Shown in pieces: positions 39,269-49,019 of a stretch of 64,000 bases of DNA. A program made the translations under genes and the position numbers. The stretch comes from Pyrinomonadaceae bacterium (GTDB lineage: Bacteria > Acidobacteriota > Blastocatellia > Pyrinomonadales > Pyrinomonadaceae), in the NCBI GenBank assembly GCA_046313635.1, contig JBKBYA010000004.1, positions 1 to 64,000 of the forward strand, given 5' to 3'. Position 1 is the first letter of the stretch, and the number at the start of each line of letters is the position of its first letter. The notes below the pieces were generated by a model. That model searched no databases. It saw nothing but the letters and a program-made list of their open reading frames with translations, and was not told the origin of the DNA.

Positions 39269-40936
39269 ATGTATAAAGCTTTGTCCGTTCTCTTTGTGGC
39301 CGCGTGCCTCGTCTGCCTGCCCCTGACGCCGGTCTTTGCTCAGAGATTTGCCGCCGATCTGGTCGTCACGAACGCGAATATCCGCACGATGGACGCCGCC
39401 CGCACGCGCGCTTCGTCGATCGCCGTCGCCGGCGGCCGCATCGTCGCGATCGGCAGCGACGCCGATACGCGTTCGCTGATCGGCCCGCGTACCAAGGTCA
39501 TCGACGCCGGCGGCAAGCTGATAATCCCTGGCTTTAATGACGCTCACGTTCACTTTCTCGAGACCGGGCAGCAGCTATCGTCGGTCGAGCTGCGCTCGGC
39601 AAAGACGCCGGAGGAATTTGTACAGCGAATTCGCGATTTCGCCGCAAAGCTGCCAAAGGGCCGCTGGATACTCGGCGGCAAATGGGACCACGAGAACTGG
39701 ACGCCGAGCAGCCTGCCGACCGCGGCGATGATCGACGCCGTGACGCCCGACAATCCGGTGTTTATCGACCGCCTCGACGGCCACATGGCTCTCGCCAATT
39801 CGCTCGCGATGAAGCTCGCCGGGGTCGATAAGAACACAAAGGACGTTCCGGGCGGAGAGATCGTCCGCGACGCGTCGGGCAATCCTGCGGGCGTCTTCAA
39901 GGACAACGGGATGGGATACATCAACAAGGTGATCCCGGCGCCGAGTTTCGAAGAGAGTTTGGAGGCTGCGCAGGCCGCCAGTGAACACGCCGCGAGTCTC
40001 GGCGTCACGAGCGTCACCGACGTCTCCGCCGGCACGGATGTCGGCGTCTACCAGGAATTGCTGAGGCAAGGAAAACTGAAGACCCGGATCTACGGCTGTT
40101 CGACGCTGTCGGATTACAAGCGTTGGGAGCGCACGGGCGTACGATATGCCTTCGGCGACGCGATGCTCCGCGTCGGCTGTCTCAAGGGCTACGCCGACGG
40201 CAGCCTCGGCTCGACGACGGCGTGGTTCTTTGAGCCGTATCTCGACGCGCCCACATCGACCGGCCTCGCGATGGACGTCGCAAAGGCCGAGAGCGATACG
40301 CTCGCCGCCGACAAGGCAGGGCTGCAGGTGAATATTCACGCGATCGGAGACCGCGCGAACGCCGAGATCCTCAACATCTTTGAGAAGGCCGCACGGGTCA
40401 ACGGCGCTCGCGACCGGCGATTCCGCATCGAGCACGCGCAGCATCTCAGGCAGGAGGACATTGCCCGTTTCGGCAAGCTCGGCGTCGTCGCGTCGATGCA
40501 GCCGTTTCACATCATCGACGACGGCCGCTGGGCCTGGAAGCGTCTCGACGAAAAGCGTCTGAAGGGAACCTACGCCTTTCGCTCGCTGCTCGACTCGGGA
40601 GCGGTGCTGGCCTTTGGCTCGGACTCGCCGGTCGCGCCGCTCGATCCGCTGCTGGGCGTGTATGCCGCGGTGACGCGCCGCACGCTCGACGACAAAAATC
40701 CGAACGGCTGGATCCTCGAGCAAAAGATATCGGTCGACGAGGCCGTCCGCGCGTTCACCTGGGGCTCGGCGTACGGCGAGTTTCAGGAGAACGTCAAAGG
40801 CACGCTCGAGGTCGGCAAGGTCGCCGACTTTGTGATGCTCTCGGACGACATCTTTACCGTCGACCCGGTCAAGATCCGCGACGCCAGGGTCTTGATGACG
40901 GTCGTCGACGGCCGCGTGGTTTACGAGGCGAAGTAA
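39269..40936 (+). CDS. Amidohydrolase family 3 (YtcJ-like), secreted
   Basis: [39 protein letters not shown]. Confidence 0.93.
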   Translation: MYKALSVLFVAACLVCLPLTPVFAQRFAADLVVTNANIRTMDAARTRASSIAVAGGRIVAIGSDADTRSLIGPRTKVIDAGGKLIIPGFNDAHVHFLETGQQLSSVELRSAKTPEEFVQRIRDFAAKLPKGRWILGGKWDHENWTPSSLPTAAMIDAVTPDNPVFIDRLDGHMALANSLAMKLAGVDKNTKDVPGGEIVRDASGNPAGVFKDNGMGYINKVIPAPSFEESLEAAQAASEHAASLGVTSVTDVSAGTDVGVYQELLRQGKLKTRIYGCSTLSDYKRWERTGVRYAFGDAMLRVGCLKGYADGSLGSTTAWFFEPYLDAPTSTGLAMDVAKAESDTLAADKAGLQVNIHAIGDRANAEILNIFEKAARVNGARDRRFRIEHAQHLRQEDIARFGKLGVVASMQPFHIIDDGRWAWKRLDEKRLKGTYAFRSLLDSGAVLAFGSDSPVAPLDPLLGVYAAVTRRTLDDKNPNGWILEQKISVDEAVRAFTWGSAYGEFQENVKGTLEVGKVADFVMLSDDIFTVDPVKIRDARVLMTVVDGRVVYEAK

Positions 40937-40946
40937 GACGAACGAT

Positions 40947-41023
40947 CTTTGCGGCCTTTGCGGGAAACTTTTCCTCGTATTTTCCAAATGAGATCTACCG
41001 CAAAGAACGCAAGGTACGCAAAG
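40947..41023. repeat. Inverted CTTTGCG / CGCAAAG nonamer-spaced element
   Basis: CTTTGCGGCCTTTGCGG ... CCGCAAAGAACGCAAGGTACGCAAAG. Confidence 0.75.
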
Positions 41024-41062
41024 TTTCTTGTAACGGCTGCGGAGCCGTCTGCACTAAAAAAT

Positions 41063-41590
41063 ATGAAAAAGATCATTCTGCTTTTCAGCATCATCACGTT
41101 GTTCTCATTCGCAGCTCTCGGTCAGGAAAAGATGGCCCAGCCCAAGCCGACCGAGAAGGACAAGACCGAGGCTATCCCGTCGGACGGCTATCTCAAGCGC
41201 GGCGCGGCGATCGGATCGGCCAAAAAGGTCTCGCTCGCAAAGGTCTTTAAGGACCCCGCGAAGTACAGCGGAAAGACGGTACTCGTCGAGGGAACGATCG
41301 TCCGCTCGTGCAAGATGGAAGGCTGCTGGGCGGAGCTCGCCGCGGATAAGGACAGCAAGCGTTCGGTCCGCGTAAAGATGAAGGACCACGCCTTCTTTAT
41401 CCCGCTCAACGCCGCCGGCTCATTCGCTCGGGCCGAGGGCGTATTTTCGGTCAAGACGCTCAGCAAGGCCGAGGTCGAACACATGATCAAGGACGACGGC
41501 GCTAAATTCGACAACCGCAACGCGGACGGCTCAGTCACCGAGATCTCATTCGAGGCGACCGGTATCGAACTGAGACGGGCGAGCAAATAG
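41063..41590 (+). CDS. DUF4920-like secreted OB-fold protein
   Basis: Signal peptide; C..EGCW, VKMKDHAFFIP. Confidence 0.8.
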   Translation: MKKIILLFSIITLFSFAALGQEKMAQPKPTEKDKTEAIPSDGYLKRGAAIGSAKKVSLAKVFKDPAKYSGKTVLVEGTIVRSCKMEGCWAELAADKDSKRSVRVKMKDHAFFIPLNAAGSFARAEGVFSVKTLSKAEVEHMIKDDGAKFDNRNADGSVTEISFEATGIELRRASK

Positions 41591-41607
41591 CTCCATCAAG
41601 TGCGTTG

Positions 41608-41648
41608 AAAAGAGAAGAGGCCGTCCGAAATGGCGGCCTCTTCTTTTT
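41608..41648. terminator. Bidirectional terminator
   Basis: AGAAGAGGCCG..CGGCCTCTTCTTTTT. Confidence 0.8.
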
Positions 41649-41666
41649 ATGTTTCTGATCGAGCGA

Positions 41667-44600
41667 TCAGAACGTCAGTCTGAGCGAGAGCTGGACCTGT
41701 CGGGGGTCGCCGATGCCTTGACGGAGGAAGCCGTCAAAGTTGAAAAGGCTCGGCGCCGTCAGCGAGCTCTGATTGCCGGGGCCCGAGAGCGAGTTGATGT
41801 AGTTCTTGCTGTTAAAGGTATTGAACATCTCGATCTGCGGGATCAGCTCGACCGTCTCGCCGAGCTTGAACGGCCGCGCGAGACGCCAGTCGAAGGAGAA
41901 GTACTGGTTGTCCTTTCGCAGCGTGTTGCGGTTTGTGCGGTCGCCGACGCGCATCAGAGTCGCAGGCGTCGCGGGCTGGGCCGAGCGCGCCTGGAACCGC
42001 GGCGAGAACTGCAGCCGCCACGGCAGCTCTGCATAAGCGAAGAAGTTGAACTTATGCCGAATGTCGCGGTCGGAGAGCGCGTAGTCGAGCGAGAGGTTGT
42101 CGAGGTCGAACGCACGATCGGTGAACGGATCGCGCTCATTCGAGTCGTCGTCCTTATCACGCGAGAGAACGTAGTTTGCCTCCATCTGAAAGCCCTTGCT
42201 GAAACGCTTTCTCACGCCGGCGGTGAAGCCGTCGTACTTGGAATTGCCGACCGAAGAGGTGACCATCGTCTCGCCGAGGTACGGTGCAAAGAGCGCGTTT
42301 CGCACGCTGTTGCCCGTGCTGCCGTAATCCAGAAATCGCGTCAAATGACGCCCCTGCGAATGCGTGAAGTCGAAGTAGAGCGCCCAGTTAGGAGCGATCT
42401 CCTGCTCGTAGGCGGCGTTGAACGTGTAGATGTCCGGATTTTGGTAATTGCGGTCAAAGACGCGTACGCCGCTGAAGCACGGGAACGGGTTGGTTCCCCT
42501 CGGGCCCGAGCAGGAGCCAGCCGTCGGCGTGACCAGACCAGGCCAGGTCGGGGCAGTGGCAAAGCCCTGCCGGATCAGATCTGTATTGACGAATATCGTC
42601 TGCTGCTGCACGCCGTTGGTCGTGATCGAGCCGACCTGCGAGAGCATATTCTGCCGGCCGTTAAATACGCCGAAGCTCGCCCTGATCAGCGAACGACCGT
42701 TATTCGCTACGTCCCACGCAAAGCCGATGCGCGGCTGAAACATCTTGTAGTCGCTCGGCAGTGTACCGTCGGACGGGAAGCGCGGGTCGTTGAGGAATAG
42801 GCCGTATGCCGTATTCTGCGGCGCGACGACCGGCTCCGGAAAGATCTGGGCCTCCCAGCGCAGGCCGTAGTTGAGCGTAAAGTTTGGCCAGATCTGCCAG
42901 CGGTCCTGGGCAAAGAGCGCAAAGTCCTCATTGGTTATATTCGACGCGCCGGCGGCGTCTGTCGCCGGGCCCGAGCGGCCGGCACCCTGCAGGTACAGAA
43001 GCAGCGGGCCGCCCGTCGGCGTCGAGCCGGACGGACACGGCGTCGGAGCCGTGACGTACGTGCCGTTAGAGCACCGCACGGTCTGCGGGCCAAATCCACC
43101 CGGGGCCGCTGGCGAAGCGTAACGCAAAAAGCCCGTGACGCTGTCAAAGATGTAGCGGCCGGTAAAGAACCCGCGAAAGACCTGGTCGTTGAGGCTGTGC
43201 ATCCATTCGCCGCCGAACTTGACGGTGTGCCGGCCGGCGATGATCGAGAAAGTGTCGCGGACCTGCGTTCGCCAAAACAGCTCGTCGATGCCCGGCTGAA
43301 GGAAGAATGGGTTGCCGAAGCGGAACGTCGTCCCAAAGCCCATTGCCGTGTCGGCCTTCAGCGGCGAATCGGCGGCCGAACGCGGCCGATCCTCGCGCGA
43401 ATACGTAAAATGGGCCTCGTTGATCATCGTCGGCGAAAAGGTCGTGTACAGATTAAAGTTTGCGACGTTGATCTTTGAAGGGCCTTCGGTGCCGTTGGCC
43501 GAGGCGCCGTAGGTCGGCACGTCAAAGGTCTGATTGGTGTTCTTTGAATGATCGAAGTTGTACGACGCGCTGATCTTGTTTGACCTGTTCAGGTCCCAGT
43601 CCAGCTTTGCGAGAAAGGCCGAGTTGCGCACCTTGCGCTCGAGCACCACTCCCTCGTTGTAGTTGAATCGCGACTGTAAGTACGAGAGCAGAGCCCGCCG
43701 CTGGCAGTCGGCGCTGCTGTTGATGAGTGCCTCGTTGGCGGCGAGTGTCGGATTTGAGACCGGGCACGGCGTGCCGATCGGCTCGCTCAGGTTTGGGCGA
43801 TCGAGGCTCTCCAGGATCTGCTCAAAGGCGAAAAAGAAGAACGCCTTGTCCCGTTTGATCGGCCCGCCGATAGTGCCGCCAAACTGCTCGCGGTGAAATC
43901 CGTTGAGGCTCTTGCCGTCCGACGTCTTGGACGTCAGGCCCTTGAGCCGCTGGTAATAAAAGAGGCTGCCGTGCAGGTCGTTGGTGCCTGACTTTGTGAT
44001 GACGTTGATGATCCCGCCGGCCGTGCGGCCGTACTCGGCGTTGGCGCCGGTCGCGATGACCTGAAATTCCTTGACGGCCTCGAGCGTGATGTCGATGGCC
44101 GCTCGCTGGCCGCCGGCCTGCTCGCCAAAGAATCCGTTGTTGTAGTCGCCGCCGTCGAGACTGACGTTGTTAAAGATGCCTCGTTGGCCGGCAAAATTGA
44201 TCTCGTCGCCGTCGGGGCCCTGCGTAATGCTGACGCCGGGCGTGAGCGTGAGCAGGTCTTCGAATTTGCGCCCGAGGATCGGGGTGTTAGTGATCGACTT
44301 TTCATTGATCGTCGTGCTCGACTCGGTCTTGACGGTGTCGATGGTCGGCGTCGACGTCACGATGACATCGCCGCTGATGCCCGAGACCTTAAGCGTGATG
44401 TCGAGCGAGAGCAGACGGCCGACCGTGACCTCGACATTCTCCTGACTGAGCTTGGCAAAACCTTGTTTGGAAACCGAGAGGACGTATCTGCCCGACGGCA
44501 GCGACAGCAGCGTAAAGCGGCCGTCGGAATCGGTCGTGAACGTTCGCGTGAAATTGGTCGACACGTTCCGGGCTTCGACCGTCGCGCCGGGCACGACGGC

Positions 44601-44744
44601 GCCCTGCTCGTCCGAAACGGTACCCTGTATGCCGCCGGACGTAATATCCTGTGCAGACGCAAACATCGTGACGATCAAGATCAGGAGCGCCGCGCTTACG
44701 GTCCTGACACCGCACGACTCCCAAAACTTTAATTGGCTTGTCAT
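41667..44744 (-). CDS. TonB-dependent receptor (Oar-like, carboxypeptidase-regulatory N-domain)
   Basis: AGGAG RBS; AEYGRTAGG.INVITKSGTN; C-terminal LRLTF. Confidence 0.92.
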   Translation of the reverse strand: MTSQLKFWESCGVRTVSAALLILIVTMFASAQDITSGGIQGTVSDEQGAVVPGATVEARNVSTNFTRTFTTDSDGRFTLLSLPSGRYVLSVSKQGFAKLSQENVEVTVGRLLSLDITLKVSGISGDVIVTSTPTIDTVKTESSTTINEKSITNTPILGRKFEDLLTLTPGVSITQGPDGDEINFAGQRGIFNNVSLDGGDYNNGFFGEQAGGQRAAIDITLEAVKEFQVIATGANAEYGRTAGGIINVITKSGTNDLHGSLFYYQRLKGLTSKTSDGKSLNGFHREQFGGTIGGPIKRDKAFFFFAFEQILESLDRPNLSEPIGTPCPVSNPTLAANEALINSSADCQRRALLSYLQSRFNYNEGVVLERKVRNSAFLAKLDWDLNRSNKISASYNFDHSKNTNQTFDVPTYGASANGTEGPSKINVANFNLYTTFSPTMINEAHFTYSREDRPRSAADSPLKADTAMGFGTTFRFGNPFFLQPGIDELFWRTQVRDTFSIIAGRHTVKFGGEWMHSLNDQVFRGFFTGRYIFDSVTGFLRYASPAAPGGFGPQTVRCSNGTYVTAPTPCPSGSTPTGGPLLLYLQGAGRSGPATDAAGASNITNEDFALFAQDRWQIWPNFTLNYGLRWEAQIFPEPVVAPQNTAYGLFLNDPRFPSDGTLPSDYKMFQPRIGFAWDVANNGRSLIRASFGVFNGRQNMLSQVGSITTNGVQQQTIFVNTDLIRQGFATAPTWPGLVTPTAGSCSGPRGTNPFPCFSGVRVFDRNYQNPDIYTFNAAYEQEIAPNWALYFDFTHSQGRHLTRFLDYGSTGNSVRNALFAPYLGETMVTSSVGNSKYDGFTAGVRKRFSKGFQMEANYVLSRDKDDDSNERDPFTDRAFDLDNLSLDYALSDRDIRHKFNFFAYAELPWRLQFSPRFQARSAQPATPATLMRVGDRTNRNTLRKDNQYFSFDWRLARPFKLGETVELIPQIEMFNTFNSKNYINSLSGPGNQSSLTAPSLFNFDGFLRQGIGDPRQVQLSLRLTF

Positions 44745-45068
44745 TGGTTCTCTCCTTGAAAAGTTTTTTAACAAAAGCTGCTTCCCAGGTTCGAAGGCCG
44801 CAGGTGAGGTGTGACCGGAATGCGGCGGATGAGCAAAAGACCGACGCTGCTCAAACGCGAATTTGTACTATCTGGATACCGAGCCTCGTGAGAGCCAGTC
44901 AAAGAATTGCGGAGCAATTATATTCTCGCGGCCGCGGATTTCGCAAAAATCATCGTTCGCGGCAGGCAGGCGAGTGCCGGGCGTGAATGGCCGCCGGCGG
45001 CCGCCGGCGTTCTCCCGTCGCGAATTCCAGGCAAATTTTGGCTATAATTCCTGAATCGAAGAGCATTC

Positions 45069-46127
45069 ATGAAGCCTTTCAAGATCAGAGATATCGATAT
45101 CGACCCGCCGCTCATCCTCTCGCCGATGGCGGGCGTGACCGATTACGTCTTTCGGCGTCTGATCAAGCGCCGCGGCGGCGTTGGGCTGGTCGTATCTGAA
45201 TTCATCTCGGTCGAGGGGCTCACGCGCAACAATCCAAAATCGAAGCGGCAGATGCGCTTTGACGAGGAAGAAAGGCCGTTCGCGGTGCAGATCTTCGGCG
45301 GGCAGCCCGAGCGGATGGCGATGGGAGCCGAGATGGCCGAGGAGGTCGGTGCCGACATTCTCGACGTCAACTGCGGCTGCCCGGCGCCGAAGGTCGTCAA
45401 GAACGGCGGCGGCTCGGCACTGCTGCGCGAGCCCGAACGTCTCGAGACGATACTCAAAGAGATCAAGAGGTCGATCTCGATACCGCTCACGCTCAAATTG
45501 CGGACCGGATATTCCGACGCGTCGATCAACGTCGTCGACGTCGCAAAGATGGCCGAGCAATGCGGCGTCGAGCACATTCAGGTGCACGGCCGCACTCGCG
45601 AGCAGGCGTACAAGGGACTCGCGAATTGGGACATCATCAGGCAGGTCAAGGAGGCCGTCTCGATCCCCGTGTCGGGCAACGGCGACATTACGACGATCGA
45701 ATACGGGATGAATAAATGGCGCGAGTCGGGGGTCGACGGTATCTTGATCGGCCGCGGCGCGATGCAGAACCCTTGGATCTTTCGCCAGTTTGCGGACGTA
45801 CTCGCCGGCCGCGAGCCGTACGTGCCGACCGTCGAAGAGAAAAAGGCCGTTCTGCTCGAATTCTTTGAGATGTGTCTCGGCGAGATGCCCGAGATCGTCG
45901 CTCTCGGCAAGATGAAGCAGCTCGCCGGGCAGTTCACAAAAGGTCTCGCCGGCGGCGCACAGTTTCGCCAGACGCTATATCATTCGCACTCGGCCGGCGA
46001 GATACTCGACAACATCGCGACGTATTTCGAAACGCTGGCCGCGGGGCGCCGCTTTGGCGACGGCGCCGTCGAGGCCGACGCCGACCTCGCGATCGACTCA
46101 TGCGACGCGTTCGTCACAGCAGCCTAA
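45069..46127 (+). CDS. dusB: tRNA-dihydrouridine synthase
   Basis: SPMAGVTD, NCGCPAPKV, VHGRT, GNGDI, IGRG; TATAAT at 45043-45048. Confidence 0.93.
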   Translation: MKPFKIRDIDIDPPLILSPMAGVTDYVFRRLIKRRGGVGLVVSEFISVEGLTRNNPKSKRQMRFDEEERPFAVQIFGGQPERMAMGAEMAEEVGADILDVNCGCPAPKVVKNGGGSALLREPERLETILKEIKRSISIPLTLKLRTGYSDASINVVDVAKMAEQCGVEHIQVHGRTREQAYKGLANWDIIRQVKEAVSIPVSGNGDITTIEYGMNKWRESGVDGILIGRGAMQNPWIFRQFADVLAGREPYVPTVEEKKAVLLEFFEMCLGEMPEIVALGKMKQLAGQFTKGLAGGAQFRQTLYHSHSAGEILDNIATYFETLAAGRRFGDGAVEADADLAIDSCDAFVTAA

Positions 46128-46158
46128 CGACAGCCGACACTTTATCTCGACCGCAGCT

Positions 46159-46995
46159 ATGAAAAACCTAATACTAATACTCGCCTGTACGGCGCTCGTC
46201 TCGCTCAACGCGAGTGCGCAAAAGCTCACCGCCGAACAGGTCGTCGCCCGCAGCCTCGACTCGATCGCGAAGTCCTCGGAGCGGGCCAAGCTCAAGAGCA
46301 TCGTCGCGATCGGTCAGGCAAATTACAGCAAGACGGTCGGCGACCGCCTCGGCACGCAGGGGCGCGCGGTGATCGCCTCAGAGGCCGGCCGTTCGGCCTT
46401 TGCGATGGCCTTTCGGGCGTCGAGCTACCCGCAAGAGAAGATCACGTTTGACGGCAAGGAAGTGACCATCGCCTTCGCGACGCCCGGAGCGCGGTCGCCG
46501 TTTGGCGGGTTTCTCCAGACGTTTCGCGACGTCGTGACCGACGGGCTGCTCGGCGGCACGCTGATGCGGAATTGGCTGCTCTACGACGCCGCCAACGCTT
46601 CGCGCGGCAAGCTCACCGTCGAGGGACTCAAAAAGATCGACGGCAAGGATGTGTACGCGGTCAGCTACATCCGCAAGGGCGGCTCGGACCTGGACGTCCG
46701 CCTGTACTTTGACAAAGAGACGTTTCGCCATGTCCGCACCGAGTACAAGCGCGTCTTTGCCGCGCCGATGGGGCCGACGCCCGAACTCTCGGCCAGGCAG
46801 AGCGAAACGCGGTATGGGCTGGTCGAGGACTTCAGCGACTTCAAGACCGAGTATGGCGTGACGCTGCCGCGCAAGTACACGATCAGATTCAGCGCCGACA
46901 ACGGCCGCACGACGAGCGAATACACGTACACTCTCGAGTTTGCAAATTTTTACTACAACCAGGAATTGGACGCCGACACCTTCAGCGGCAATTGA
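46159..46995 (+). CDS. Secreted hypothetical protein
   Basis: Signal peptide; resembles the 34813..35655 protein in architecture. Confidence 0.75.
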   Translation: MKNLILILACTALVSLNASAQKLTAEQVVARSLDSIAKSSERAKLKSIVAIGQANYSKTVGDRLGTQGRAVIASEAGRSAFAMAFRASSYPQEKITFDGKEVTIAFATPGARSPFGGFLQTFRDVVTDGLLGGTLMRNWLLYDAANASRGKLTVEGLKKIDGKDVYAVSYIRKGGSDLDVRLYFDKETFRHVRTEYKRVFAAPMGPTPELSARQSETRYGLVEDFSDFKTEYGVTLPRKYTIRFSADNGRTTSEYTYTLEFANFYYNQELDADTFSGN

Positions 46996-46997
46996 GA

Positions 46998-47456
46998 ATG
47001 AGATCGACAATACTCGCCGCCGCGGCCTGCGGCGGCATAGTTATCGGGTCGTACGCCGCCGTAAGCGCTCAGCCGGCCCCCAAGCCGGCTGCCGCTGCGA
47101 CGGTCAGCTCTGCCTCCTCGACGCCGGCCTTCGCCGAGGTGCTGCTGCGCCGCACCGAGTACGAATCCGAACTCGAATCGCTGCTGCTCGACTACACAGA
47201 GGAATATCCGAGGGTAAAGGAATTGCGATATGCCCTCGGTCAGGTGAGAGATACCGAGTCAAAGCTGCTTGCGGTCAAGCCCGACGACCAGCAAAGGCTG
47301 ACTCTTGCGCTCGGCAAGCTGCTCGTCCGCAGGATCGAACTCGAGGTCGATCTCTGGCGGCTCAGGCAGACGTACGCCGCCTCATCGCCCGACGTCCGCC
47401 GCGCGGCCAGGCGTCTCGAGATCTATGACCGCGCGATCAGGCAGATCCTACCGTAA
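46998..47456 (+). CDS. Secreted helical hypothetical protein
   Basis: Signal peptide; two Y...P.V repeats. Confidence 0.7.
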   Translation: MRSTILAAAACGGIVIGSYAAVSAQPAPKPAAAATVSSASSTPAFAEVLLRRTEYESELESLLLDYTEEYPRVKELRYALGQVRDTESKLLAVKPDDQQRLTLALGKLLVRRIELEVDLWRLRQTYAASSPDVRRAARRLEIYDRAIRQILP

Positions 47457-47726
47457 CAGATCGTCCACGACGCCCTCGTCGCGAAGTACCGTAAAGAGCG
47501 ATGCGGCAGACCCCTTTGACACCTGCTTGGTCTTTGGGATCGACTCCACGCGGACCTCTGTCCGGCGATTGCGGCGCCGGATCGCGATCGTGTCGCCCGG
47601 CTTGACCTCTTTTGACGACCTCGCCGGCACGCCGTTGACGTCGATCAGCCCAGCATCGCAGAATTCCTGCGCCAGCGTCCGCCGCGGTATCAGCCGGCTC
47701 GATTTGAGAAATAGATCGAGTCTCAC
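47448..47726 (-). CDS. S4-domain RNA-binding protein (Hsp15/YabO-like)
   Basis: MRLDLFLK.SRLI.RRTLA...C, SKEVKPGD. Confidence 0.9.
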   Translation of the reverse strand: MRLDLFLKSSRLIPRRTLAQEFCDAGLIDVNGVPARSSKEVKPGDTIAIRRRNRRTEVRVESIPKTKQVSKGSAASLFTVLRDEGVVDDLLR

Positions 47727-47800
47727 ATTCAGCAGTATGCAACAAAAAAAGGTAACGGAATGGTCGTCTTTCCGTTACCGATGATCCGTCTAGAGGGCGA

Positions 47801-48868
47801 TCAGTTGGACGATTTCTTGGTGTCGTTCTTGGCGGTCCGCTCGTCGGCAAAGAGGATCGGCGACACCTCGGCTCGATAGCTTTCGCTGATCTTGATGTAC
47901 GCCTCCTCTCGCAGCTTGGACATGAACTTTTTAGTCTCGGACGGCGCCTTTTCGTTCAGGATGGCAAGACGCACCGCACTCTCGTCAAAGACCGATTCGC
48001 TGCTCGCGTCGATACGCTCGTCAACCCTCAGGATGTTGACGCCGAGCCCGTCGACCTCGATCGGGTCGGTGTATCCGCCGACCTTGACGCCGGCGAGCGC
48101 CTTCTTGTACTTATCGTCAAGGTCATTGACGGTAAAAGTATCGACCTTGCCCTTGCTCTCGGCGGCGCCGGGCCGGTCCGAATTGTCGAGGACCGCCTTT
48201 GTAAAATCGGCTCCTGCACGGAGCTGCGCGACCAATTGCCTCGCCTTTTCACGCACGGCGGCCTCGTCGCGGCCCGCAAAGCTGAGAAAGATCTCGCTGA
48301 GCGTCACCTTCTCGGGTTTGGCAAATTTCGACTTGTTCTTTTCGTAATATTCCTTGAGCTCGGTCGGCGTCGGCGCCCAGTACACCTTTGACTGAACTTC
48401 ACGGCGAAACACCTCGTCTCGAGTCGCCTGACGGCGCCAGTTGTCCTTTAATTCCTGCGGGTCGATGCCCTGCTTCTGCATCTCTTCGTAGAGCTGGTCG
48501 AGCGTCTTCAGGTTGTACTGCTTCATTATCTGCAGGAATCGAGAGTTGAGACTGGCCTCAACATCCTGTTCGACGCCGAGCTCTTTGCCGCGCTGCATCA
48601 TAAGCTCCTCGTTGATGAGGTTGGCGATCAGGTCCCCTCGCTTTCCTTCGACGATCTTTTGGGCCTCATCGCGCTTTTTGCCCTCCTGCACGAGCGAGTC
48701 GACCGCGAGCTTCATCTCTCGCTTGATCTTAGAAAGCGTGATGACGCCGTCATTCACCTGTGCGACCACTTCGTCGACGACCTTGACGTCGCTCTCCTGG
48801 GCGGCCGTCGAAAAAGCTGCGACCAGCATCGCAAAAGACAACACAACAGCCCGCTTAAATACTCTCAT
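47801..48868 (-). CDS. SurA-like periplasmic chaperone/PPIase
   Basis: VVAQVNDGVIT, parvulin-like domain; downstream of mfd. Confidence 0.85.
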   Translation of the reverse strand: MRVFKRAVVLSFAMLVAAFSTAAQESDVKVVDEVVAQVNDGVITLSKIKREMKLAVDSLVQEGKKRDEAQKIVEGKRGDLIANLINEELMMQRGKELGVEQDVEASLNSRFLQIMKQYNLKTLDQLYEEMQKQGIDPQELKDNWRRQATRDEVFRREVQSKVYWAPTPTELKEYYEKNKSKFAKPEKVTLSEIFLSFAGRDEAAVREKARQLVAQLRAGADFTKAVLDNSDRPGAAESKGKVDTFTVNDLDDKYKKALAGVKVGGYTDPIEVDGLGVNILRVDERIDASSESVFDESAVRLAILNEKAPSETKKFMSKLREEAYIKISESYRAEVSPILFADERTAKNDTKKSSN

Positions 48869-49019
48869 TACTAAACTCCAATTTATTATTACAGTTGATC
48901 TTACCGAATCAGCCCAAACGATACGACCGCTTGGATGCCCGAATGCACGATAGGGTTTATCTCGGTTGTGAATATAGCCTTTACAGACGGTTTACTCAAA
49001 CGGCGTGACGGGTCGCGGG

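Noticed and set aside
41649..42800. Long plus-strand ORFs opposite the TonB receptors (also 56068..58062)
   Set aside because: GC-rich antisense shadows without motifs.
44775..44905. Possible ZTP-like riboswitch upstream of the TonB receptor (GACTGGC ... CCTGGG on minus strand)
   Set aside because: Only two short word matches; pseudoknot pairing and GCCG stem could not be built, no terminator.
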